Shown in pieces: positions 17,402-25,018 of a DNA stretch of 62,280 nt. Each line of letters begins with the position of its first letter. Within the stretch, counting starts at the first letter, position 1. Under the pieces are notes generated by a model. That model ran no database searches. It saw only the letters and a list, made by a program, of their open reading frames with translations, and was not told the DNA's origin. This stretch comes from an uncultured Candidatus Bathyarchaeia archaeon (GTDB lineage: Archaea; Thermoproteota; Bathyarchaeia; Bathyarchaeales; Bathycorpusculaceae). Position numbers and translations under genes: made by a program. Location: the NCBI GenBank assembly GCA_964509945.1, contig CAZDZM010000001.1:1-62280 (forward strand), in the 5' to 3' direction.

Positions 17402-17581
17402 CGCAACAGAACGCTTGGGTTGCTAATCTCGAAAAGAGTAGATACAGTTTCTCATTGGAACTGGCGTACAAAATAGGCGAAATCTCAAGGACAATAAAAA
17501 AAGATGAATTGTTAATTTTTCAGGATTAGCAAGTGCCCTGTAGAAAAAAAGGTGTTGCGGGGATGTCTCCACTGTGAGAAA

Positions 17582-17602
17582 GTTCAAATCCCATCCTCAG
17601 CA
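17582..17602 (+). other. tRNA 3'-end-like fragment (T-loop + T-stem 3' strand + acceptor 3' strand + discriminator), followed by T5
   Basis: GTTCAAATCCCATCCTCAGCA then CTTTTTG. There is no matching 5' half upstream. It matches the 3' end of tRNA-Leu at 13143-13164 in 18/22 positions. Confidence 0.4.
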
Positions 17603-17615
17603 CTTTTTGTCAATA

Positions 17616-17625
17616 TCGCGCGCTA
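17616..17625. repeat. TCGCGCGCTA, 9/10 match to the GCGCGCGCTA motif
   Basis: Read directly, 14 nt after the tRNA-like fragment. Confidence 0.8.
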
Positions 17626-17845
17626 ACACTGTACAGGCTAGAAGACCCAGCAGCTCCTTCATCTTGGCATCTAAGGCGCCTTTCTCGTACGCGAGTGCCT
17701 AATGCGAAAAACCGCTCAATTTCAAGATTACCAACAGAAAGAATGCGCATCCATGCGTTCACGATGATGCGAAGCTCTTCAAGATCATCTAACAGAATTT
17801 CACACATGTCCTTAACTATCAGATAAATAGACACTTCTGAAATAT

Positions 17846-18637
17846 TCAACGTGCTAATGAGTCGCTATACTGCGAAATATCTGACTCTTGAAGAATTTCT
17901 CTCCTCTTAATTATCTCTCCAAAATCAACAAATTCTCCATTGACTATTTTCAATTTAAATTCAATTTTGTTTCCCTTAACTGTCACAACATTGTAAGAAT
18001 TGCAGAAGAATCCTCTCAATTTTTCGCATGAAACGCTCCCGGCATGAACCACAAGCATGTCTTCTATATTCCACTTCCACGGCCTATGGCGGTGTCCACA
18101 AAGAACCAAATTCACCTTTGACTTGGTTAGGCTCCTAAGCACGTCGCCGGCATCGATGACTGTTATCTGATCTGCTCCAGTGTCTGGGACAGGGATTATG
18201 TGATGATGAATCGTCACAATTTTTACCTTATCCTTGTGCTTTTCAAGAACGTTTTCAAGCCATAGGTTCTGTCTGTGGCCAACCTCGCCGTCGTCTCTGT
18301 CTGGCCTTGCGGAGCTTAGGACTACTATTACGGCATTTTCTATTTCTGTCACCTGCGAAAACGGGAAAAACTCTTTGAAAAGCAGATAGCCAGTTGAGCG
18401 GTAGTCGTGGTTTCCGCTTACATATATTATTTTTTCAGCTTTAAGTCTCTTCAATCCTTCAGAGGCAGTTTGAAACTCAGATATTAAGCCGTTTTCCGTC
18501 AAGTCGCCGGTAACAAGCACAACGTCAGGGCTCATTTCATTGATCTCTTTAACAGCCGTTCCAAATGTTTCCTTTCGAAACATCGGACCAAAGTGGACAT
18601 CTGAAATTTGAATTAGTAACATTGTATCCCTAGTCAA
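17846..18637 (-). CDS. metallophosphoesterase (calcineurin-like)
   Basis: ISDVHFG, VTGDLTENG, SGNHD, HHH, CGHRH motifs in canonical order. Confidence 0.85.
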   Translation of the reverse strand: MTRDTMLLIQISDVHFGPMFRKETFGTAVKEINEMSPDVVLVTGDLTENGLISEFQTASEGLKRLKAEKIIYVSGNHDYRSTGYLLFKEFFPFSQVTEIENAVIVVLSSARPDRDDGEVGHRQNLWLENVLEKHKDKVKIVTIHHHIIPVPDTGADQITVIDAGDVLRSLTKSKVNLVLCGHRHRPWKWNIEDMLVVHAGSVSCEKLRGFFCNSYNVVTVKGNKIEFKLKIVNGEFVDFGEIIKRREILQESDISQYSDSLAR

Positions 18638-18640
18638 GTT

Positions 18641-19309
18641 TTATTCTCTGCTTGCAAGTACCACGATGTAATCTGCGGTATCTGCGCACATGTCAGCTGC
18701 TTGTTCGATAAACTCAATTAAATCGTCAAATATTACCATGGCGCCGCAGTTAACTTGTCCACCGTATTTTACGAACAAAGCTTTGGTTTTGAGATACTCC
18801 TCATCAATTCCATGTTCGATTTTTTCAACTTTTTTAGCTCCTTCTATGGCTTCAACAGGATTTGCCGAAATCTTTTCAATGCTGCACCGCAGGGCCTGAG
18901 CGCATTCTACTAATTCAGAAGTCATAATCACCGTCTCTTCACACAGTTCCTTAGGTATCTGCGCTTCCATAAGCATTTCCACGCATCTTGCTGCATCTTT
19001 AGTATGGTCTGCAAGCGTATCTAAACGTTTCACAAGGTGAAGCAAGTCTTCACGGTAGTCGGCTACTAAAGCTGCACCTTTGGATAGTTCTTTGAAGACT
19101 TCTGTTCTTAGTTTGTCTACTTCCTCTTCTGTCTTGAAGAGGTTCTCGATGTTTTGTGTTGCCTCCTTCTTCTTTCCCTCTGAAAAGTTTTTCATTGCTT
19201 GTTGAAGCCAAGTCACAGTGTCGAAGGCCTTTGTTATTTGGCTATGGGCCAAGTCCAAACCTTTTGTTCTGCGCCGTTTCTCAAACCACTCATAACTTCG
19301 TTTTTCCAT
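18641..19309 (-). CDS. DUF47 / TIGR00153 family protein (PhoU-related)
   Basis: Length, all-helical composition and an N-terminal WFEKRR...L pattern are typical of DUF47. Confidence 0.6.
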   Translation of the reverse strand: MEKRSYEWFEKRRRTKGLDLAHSQITKAFDTVTWLQQAMKNFSEGKKKEATQNIENLFKTEEEVDKLRTEVFKELSKGAALVADYREDLLHLVKRLDTLADHTKDAARCVEMLMEAQIPKELCEETVIMTSELVECAQALRCSIEKISANPVEAIEGAKKVEKIEHGIDEEYLKTKALFVKYGGQVNCGAMVIFDDLIEFIEQAADMCADTADYIVVLASRE

Positions 19310-19433
19310 GCGCTATCTCCTCTTAGATTATTTAAACGTAGACATATAACATTTCTCTAAATGTTAATATATTTCATGTTTTAGTTCTTCAATATAGAAA
19401 GCCCTCATTGCCTAGTTCTCTAAATCAACGAAA

Positions 19434-19907
19434 TTAGAAATGTTCTTCTCTTCCTGTTACCCAGTGAGTTCTTTTCTCGCCCTTTTCAGTGACAGTTTCC
19501 TCTTTTTTGAATATAGGCGCCTCTTTCTTGTATCTTTCGACCGCTTCCTCTAAAACTGGAAAAACGTTTTCGCGGTGGGCACCTGCAACCAAAACGTACA
19601 CAAGGTCTTCTCCAACGTTAAATTTGCCGAGTAAATGGTGAATTTGAACATCAACTATGCCGGGCCTCTTCTTTAAATCGCCGCAAATCTTCTCTAGAAC
19701 TTCATTTGCTTTTTCTTCGTAGGCCTCCAACGTCAACTTTTCAACTCTTTCTCCGTTAAAAGTTTCTCCACGGGCTACACCTATGAACAAGACAATGGCA
19801 CCCGCTTTCTGAAAAGCATCTTTGCGTTTTGTACTATCTACCAGATCAAAAAGGGAGAATGATCCCTTCTCATGAACACCTGCTAGGCCCAACAAGCTAG
19901 TCACCAA
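19434..19907 (-). CDS. moaE: molybdopterin synthase catalytic subunit MoaE
   Basis: GAIVLFIGVARGE..., LTLEAYEE, IHHLLGKFNVGEDLVYVLVAGAHR, APIFKKE. Confidence 0.75.
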   Translation of the reverse strand: MVTSLLGLAGVHEKGSFSLFDLVDSTKRKDAFQKAGAIVLFIGVARGETFNGERVEKLTLEAYEEKANEVLEKICGDLKKRPGIVDVQIHHLLGKFNVGEDLVYVLVAGAHRENVFPVLEEAVERYKKEAPIFKKEETVTEKGEKRTHWVTGREEHF

Positions 19908-19952
19908 CGTCTTATAGTATTTTACTGCCTAGTGTAACCTAGGTGAGGGTGT

Positions 19953-20978
19953 TTAAATGTATTTTCTCATGTCTTCTAACGCTGCGGACGGAACGGGCAT
20001 GTCTTTCATTGTCAGTAAACCAGCTGGCGCTCTAATAACCTTTGGAATGGAGTTAACAACCATTGCTATTGTGCCTAAGTCGCCATGAACGCAAGGCTGA
20101 ATCTTCAGGTTAATCTCTGGAACTCCCTCTATCACTATGGCATCGTATTCTTCCTCGGCACCAATGTACGCCTTGAAATCTAAAACTATGACTTCCTTAT
20201 TGCCAAGAATGCCTTTTGCCTTCTGCCTCAAACCCGCCACTTGTCCAGCTTTAACTTTTATGTCTTTGCTCTCAACTTGCTTTTCAGCTATTACCGGCTC
20301 AACAGTCTCAGTGACTATCTTGTCAAGTTTCCATGCTAAGGCCGCTGCTATCATTGCAATACCTTGTTCAAGGCCTACGTGTCCAGCAATCTCTTTATTT
20401 TCAAGTTTCTTTTTTAGCTCTTCAACCGTCAGGCCCGCACCCATTTTCTTTTGGAACTGTATTCTTCTTTTGGCTGCATTCAGGACTTTTGCTGCCCGAA
20501 TTTTCTCCACTTTCTGGCAAGGAGCTGTAAGTGTTATTACAAGGGTGTCCATGAGAAAACCAGGGTTTATACCTGTACCCAAGACTGTCGCGTCATGTTT
20601 TTTGGCTAGAGCATCAAGTTCTTCTGCAAGCTTTGGTTCAGCTAAGTAGGGGTATGAGAGTTCCTCACATGTCGAAACTACGTTTACACGATGTTTCACG
20701 ATCGAAGCTATTTGCGAATATGTGTCTTTAAGGAAGGATGATGTCGCGTGAACGGCTACGTCCGCGTTTATCTTTGCAAGCACAACGTCAACGTCATTTG
20801 AGACTTTTACACCAAGCTTTCTATCTAAGCCCAAAACGTCACCTAGATCCTTGTCAACTTTGTCTGTGGCCACATCAACTGCGCCAACTATTTCCACGCC
20901 TTCTTTCTGAAGTAAGAACTTGGCAATTGAACTGCCAACTGCGCCTACACCATATGAAACTAATTGTACTTTCTTCAT
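19953..20978 (-). CDS. DapB-N-domain NAD(P)H-dependent amine dehydrogenase family protein (2,4-diaminopentanoate dehydrogenase-like)
   Basis: KVQLVSYGVGAVGSSIAKFLL Rossmann N-terminus, and family-like length and central GINPGFLMD segment. Confidence 0.6.
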   Translation of the reverse strand: MKKVQLVSYGVGAVGSSIAKFLLQKEGVEIVGAVDVATDKVDKDLGDVLGLDRKLGVKVSNDVDVVLAKINADVAVHATSSFLKDTYSQIASIVKHRVNVVSTCEELSYPYLAEPKLAEELDALAKKHDATVLGTGINPGFLMDTLVITLTAPCQKVEKIRAAKVLNAAKRRIQFQKKMGAGLTVEELKKKLENKEIAGHVGLEQGIAMIAAALAWKLDKIVTETVEPVIAEKQVESKDIKVKAGQVAGLRQKAKGILGNKEVIVLDFKAYIGAEEEYDAIVIEGVPEINLKIQPCVHGDLGTIAMVVNSIPKVIRAPAGLLTMKDMPVPSAALEDMRKYI

Positions 20979-21088
20979 TTTCTCACACTACACTTCACAG
21001 CAGTTTTCAATTCATTTTGACATTTATACTTCTAATTTGAAAAAATAACCTTAATGAACGAAAGAAAGCAGTATTGTGAGCTTCCGTT

Positions 21089-22744
21089 CTAAAGTATGTC
21101 TAAAGCGTGGGAGAGAACCTTTTCTCCTCTATACTCTGGAAGCAAAATGGGCGATTTCCGGCTGGTTTTTATGCCTGCTTCTTCGAGCAGTCTTTCATAT
21201 CTAATTACGTGCTCTAACGTTAATTTGCCCGTTTTAGCTTTTCTAGCATGTCTTGCTGCAGTAATTCCGGCTATTCTTCCAAAAACACTGTAGTCAAGTA
21301 TCGAGTTTCCCATCAACCTGTTCTTTCCGTGGGTTCCACCCGTTACTTCTCCAGCCGCGAACAACCCCATAACGGTTGTCTCCGCATTTTCGCTTATTAT
21401 TAAACCGCCATTTTGGAAGTGTAATGTTGGAAAAACTAAAACAGGGTCTTTAGTCATGTCAATGTCAAATCTCTTATATTGCCTCAGCATGGCTGGGAGC
21501 TCCTTTGCTATTGTTCCTTCGCCGTGAAGCATATCTATCAGCGGCGAATCCAGCCAAACTCCCTTCATCCCAGTAGGCGTTTCTATGTAATTTCCTCTCT
21601 CATAACATTCTCTGATTAGCGCTGCCGATTCCACGTCCCTCGGCTCTCGGGGATTAACAAACTGTTCGCCGTTCCTATTTATCGGCTGCGCTCCTAATCC
21701 CCGCACTTTCTCTGTAACCAGCAATCCTACTATCTGCTCCGGATAGGCCACGCCCGTAGGGTGATATTGTACCGCATCCATATCTCTCAACTTCGCACCC
21801 ACATGATAGGCCAGAACCACACCGTCAGCTGTAGCTCCATAGTGATTCGTAGTTGGAAATCCTTGTATGTGAAGTCTGCCAAATCCGCCAGTGGTCAGTA
21901 CTGTAGATTTCGCTCTTGCTATGTGGTATTCTTGTGTTTCCATGTTATATAAGACGGCTCCAGCAACCTGGCCGTATTCATCTGTGAGCAGTTCTATGGC
22001 GGAAGTAAACTCCAAAATCGGTATATTACGGTTTAAAATCTCGTCTTTGAGATTCCTTACTATTTCTAAGCCCGTGTAGTCCCTCGCAGAATGCATTCTT
22101 TTTCTACATGTTCCGCCACCATGTATCGTGATCATAGTGCCATCGGGTTCTCGATCATACATAACCCCCAATTCTTCATGCCATTTCATTATCATAGGGC
22201 CGTCGATCACAAGCCTTCTAGCAAGGTTTGCGTCGTTAGTGAAGTGCCCACCGCCCATGACGTCTAGGTAATGAAGTGTCGGGCTATCATTCGGTTTGTC
22301 TGCAGCTTGCACGCCTCCTTGCGACATTATAGAGTTGGAGTCGCCAAGCCTCAGCTTTTGCACGATAAGCATGTCTTCAGCCTCTGCTCCAGTGTAATTA
22401 GCCCACAAAGCCGCTGTCATTCCGGCGCCGCCACCGCCAATGATAAGGATATCAACGTCGAAATCAACCTTCGATAAGTTCACATCTTCTGGTCTTATCA
22501 GCGGGTGTGCTTCCAGCAAGTCTGCGACCTCATGCGGCATAAAATCGTCTTTATTAGGTCCAACCTTCAGAAGTCTCTTTGCTTCCTCTTTGTAATCCGG
22601 GTGAAAATTCTTCAATATTTCCTCTCTTTCTTTTAGGTTCATAAAGGGAAAGCTTTCTTTCAGTCTTTTGTCTCTAGTTTTCTCGACGACTTCTATATAT
22701 TCCCGCATGTACTCGGGATATCCTCGTATAATCTTGTTGCTCAT
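21089..22744 (-). CDS. fumarate reductase / succinate dehydrogenase / aspartate oxidase-type flavoprotein with ~95-aa N-terminal extension
   Basis: DILIIGGGGAGMTAA begins only at residue ~97. Also QGGVQAA, MDAVQYHPTG, RGLGAQPINRNGEQF, HFQNGGL, AAGEVTGGTHGKNRLMGNSILD. Confidence 0.8.
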   Translation of the reverse strand: MSNKIIRGYPEYMREYIEVVEKTRDKRLKESFPFMNLKEREEILKNFHPDYKEEAKRLLKVGPNKDDFMPHEVADLLEAHPLIRPEDVNLSKVDFDVDILIIGGGGAGMTAALWANYTGAEAEDMLIVQKLRLGDSNSIMSQGGVQAADKPNDSPTLHYLDVMGGGHFTNDANLARRLVIDGPMIMKWHEELGVMYDREPDGTMITIHGGGTCRKRMHSARDYTGLEIVRNLKDEILNRNIPILEFTSAIELLTDEYGQVAGAVLYNMETQEYHIARAKSTVLTTGGFGRLHIQGFPTTNHYGATADGVVLAYHVGAKLRDMDAVQYHPTGVAYPEQIVGLLVTEKVRGLGAQPINRNGEQFVNPREPRDVESAALIRECYERGNYIETPTGMKGVWLDSPLIDMLHGEGTIAKELPAMLRQYKRFDIDMTKDPVLVFPTLHFQNGGLIISENAETTVMGLFAAGEVTGGTHGKNRLMGNSILDYSVFGRIAGITAARHARKAKTGKLTLEHVIRYERLLEEAGIKTSRKSPILLPEYRGEKVLSHALDIL

Positions 22745-23439
22745 TCCGGCTCAATCTCCCTCTTTGCGTATGTTTCTTTAAGGCTGGCACTGTCTGCTTG
22801 CATAAGCTTCTGGATTTCCTCATCGAATTTTCCGGATTCCACTTCTTTTATTCGGTCTTCAACGTGTTTTGCTCTGGGCATGACGTATCTGCCAAAGATT
22901 CTTCGCGCAAGCAAAGCTATATTGTAGGGCACAATTTCTGTCGGGCATCTCATTGCGCATAATCCACATGCAATGCAATCGAACGAGAGGCGCGCGGCTT
23001 CCTCAAAGTCTCCCCTCAAGGCTGCTTGAACATAATCCATAACTTCCAAATCCTGAGGACAGGCTTTAGTGCAAGTGTTGCAGCAAACGCACTTTGCGAT
23101 TTCCGGGTAATATTCCAGAAACACGTTTACTGAGGGGCCTACTTCGTTTAAGTTGTAAAGGGGTTTTTCTGCTGGGGTGAAGGGGATCTGTGCTATGTAT
23201 ATTCCGTCTTCAACAGTTTTCTGGCAAGCTAAAGCCGCTCTTAGCTTGTAGTCGTTTCTTAAGCGATAGACTGTAGCACATGCTCCACAGAAGCCTCCTC
23301 GACAGCCACTTCCTCTCATAAAGCGATATCCAGCATATTCCATGGCCTTCGTTATTGTCAAACCAGCAGGCACCTTGTACTCTCGCCCCATTATGTAAAT
23401 TCGAACTTTTTCTTTGTTCTCCGGTTTGTTTTCAACCAT
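22741..23439 (-). CDS. FrdB/SdhB-like iron-sulfur subunit (2Fe-2S plus two 4Fe-4S-type motifs)
   Basis: CRGGFCGACA...C, CVCCNTCTKACP, CIACGLCAMRCP. There is a 4-nt overlap with the flavoprotein gene. Confidence 0.8.
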   Translation of the reverse strand: MVENKPENKEKVRIYIMGREYKVPAGLTITKAMEYAGYRFMRGSGCRGGFCGACATVYRLRNDYKLRAALACQKTVEDGIYIAQIPFTPAEKPLYNLNEVGPSVNVFLEYYPEIAKCVCCNTCTKACPQDLEVMDYVQAALRGDFEEAARLSFDCIACGLCAMRCPTEIVPYNIALLARRIFGRYVMPRAKHVEDRIKEVESGKFDEEIQKLMQADSASLKETYAKREIEPE

Positions 23440-23490
23440 TATTCACACCTGCTTGCGTAACAATGATGACCAATAGCGTTTTTCCCCATT

Positions 23491-24417
23491 CTAATAAAGG
23501 TTTTTAGCTTCAAGAATGGGTTTAGGATCAACATAGTGAAGATCAAACTCAACACCATAAAATTGTCTCTCCAACCCTAAGGCTATCGCCATGAGCTGAG
23601 TATAATACATTATCGGGATCTCATCTAGATCTCGGTAAAGTCCTCTTGCCTCTTTCTGCTTAGCGTCCAAATTGAAGGTACAGAGAGGACAGCATGTTGC
23701 TACGATTTCTGCGCCATTTCTTAAAGCGTAGATCAGGTTGTCATAGGTGAGCTTTGTAACAATATCTTTTCTGTTAATCGTGTGGTAACTGCCACAGCAT
23801 TGTGTTTTGTTTGGGTTGTTTATGACTTCGGCGCCTAGAACCTCGAGTAGGTCTTCAAAAACAGTGGGATTTTCAGCGTCGTCTATGCCTATTTCTCTTG
23901 GCCTCAAAACAAGACAACCGTAGTAGGGTGCTACTTTTAACCCTTTTAGAGGTTTCTTTACCTCTCTTGCTATTTTTCCATATCCAACAACGTCCCTCAA
24001 TAATTCCAGAAAGTCGAGAACAGCTATTCCACCTCTGTAGCCTTCTTTTGCTCCGCCCGCAAATTCCTTTTCCCTATCAAAGAAGGTGTTGATTTTTTTC
24101 AGTTTCTCTTCGTCTTTAACAAACATGTTTGCCTCTTTAAGCGTGTGATAGCACATGGAGCAGAATGTTGCGACACGGTTTTCGTTCTTCACTATTCCGT
24201 TTTCATTAATCTCTTGCACCTGTATGAGGTTTCTTATTGGGGCAAGATGCCGCATCAAATCGTCGTTGGCAAGAGAGGGGAAAACACCGCAGCAGTACCA
24301 TTTAGGCAGTTCAATCAGTTCCACTCCTAGCTTTTCAGCGACCGCAATGCCTGAAACCGAATAGTTTCGGGCAGTCGTCTGCACCGCGCAGCCCGGATAG
24401 TAGGGCATCTTAATCAT
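23491..24417 (-). CDS. hdrB: heterodisulfide reductase subunit B-like protein (two CCG domains)
   Basis: YYPGC...WYCCG...CSMC and YYGC...TQCCGS...CCPLC. The start is set at ATG 24417, preceded by AGGTG and 11 nt after the hdrC stop. The longer track ORF overlaps hdrC. Confidence 0.85.
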   Translation of the reverse strand: MIKMPYYPGCAVQTTARNYSVSGIAVAEKLGVELIELPKWYCCGVFPSLANDDLMRHLAPIRNLIQVQEINENGIVKNENRVATFCSMCYHTLKEANMFVKDEEKLKKINTFFDREKEFAGGAKEGYRGGIAVLDFLELLRDVVGYGKIAREVKKPLKGLKVAPYYGCLVLRPREIGIDDAENPTVFEDLLEVLGAEVINNPNKTQCCGSYHTINRKDIVTKLTYDNLIYALRNGAEIVATCCPLCTFNLDAKQKEARGLYRDLDEIPIMYYTQLMAIALGLERQFYGVEFDLHYVDPKPILEAKNLY

Positions 24418-24428
24418 TCTTTGCACCT

Positions 24429-24803
24429 TTAAGCTGTTGTTTTGCGGAAATTGCTTACTAACAGTATTGGCGGAATTTTTCTCAGCTCTTGTTTCGGGAT
24501 ATTGTTGACTACAATCTGATCCTGTTCTCTTCGCAGTTTTATCTGTCTTAGAGCCTCCATAATTTTCGTGATGTTGATCTTCCTTGGACATCTTGCGTGA
24601 CACGTGAAGCACGTACTGCAAATCCAAAAAGTGTTTGACTCAAAAATCTCTTCAACAGCTCCCGTTTGCACTAGTCTTATGACCTGCGTTGGCGATAGGT
24701 CCATTGCATACCTCACGGGGCAGGAACCGCTGCATAAACCGCATTGATAGCACGAAAGAACGTTTTCTCCGCTTATGTCTTGAACCTTGTCTGCCAAATT
24801 CAT
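24429..24803 (-). CDS. hdrC: heterodisulfide reductase subunit C-like 4Fe-4S protein
   Basis: CYQCGLCSGSCP and CSTCFTCHARCP motifs, 124 aa. Confidence 0.85.
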   Translation of the reverse strand: MNLADKVQDISGENVLSCYQCGLCSGSCPVRYAMDLSPTQVIRLVQTGAVEEIFESNTFWICSTCFTCHARCPRKINITKIMEALRQIKLRREQDQIVVNNIPKQELRKIPPILLVSNFRKTTA

Positions 24804-25018
24804 TAAAGCCCACTCTAGCGTCTAGCAAAACTGCGTGTATTGGCATTTTAAACTTATCGCTAAGAGAATCATGTTCTTATTGTTGGTTCTGAAACAAAAA
24901 TCAATCATATTTGGTCTGCATTTCTTTTATTGAATTTCAATAGAAAAGTTATAATAACGCGGATCAGAACAACTAACTCTACTACTTTGACTTGACCACA
25001 TCTATGGAGATGTGAACT

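Larger units (their letters stand above)
13165..17625. other. remnant-rich region downstream of tRNA-Leu (possible decayed integrated element or rearrangement hotspot)
   Basis: It starts at the tRNA 3' end and ends at a tRNA-3'-end-like 21-mer. It contains two gene remnants, three intact cargo-like genes and six GCGCGC-core motifs. No integrase lies inside it. Confidence 0.3.

Noticed and set aside
17610-17849. 79-aa minus-strand ORF overlapping the metallophosphoesterase stop
   Set aside because: No recognisable family. It spans the GCGCGC motif and ends next to the tRNA-like fragment. It is most likely a chance ORF or remnant.
20137-20649. 170-aa plus-strand ORF and many similar antisense ORFs (e.g. 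39103-39642, 40727-41143, 55084-55689, 55373-55828, 61434-61883)
   Set aside because: They lie entirely inside strong, family-assignable genes on the opposite strand. Their composition is Ser/Leu/Phe-rich and low-complexity, typical of shadow ORFs.
23469-23525. Possible C/D-box sRNA (ATGATGA at 23471; also TGATGA at 49023 and 45241)
   Set aside because: No properly spaced CTGA D box or terminal stem could be found for any of the three candidates.
23491-24627. Long N-terminal extension of the HdrB ORF (378 aa in the track)
   Set aside because: The first 70 codons overlap hdrC in another frame and have low-complexity, non-Hdr sequence. An ATG with an AGGTG site lies 11 nt after the hdrC stop and gives the canonical MIKMPYYPGC start.
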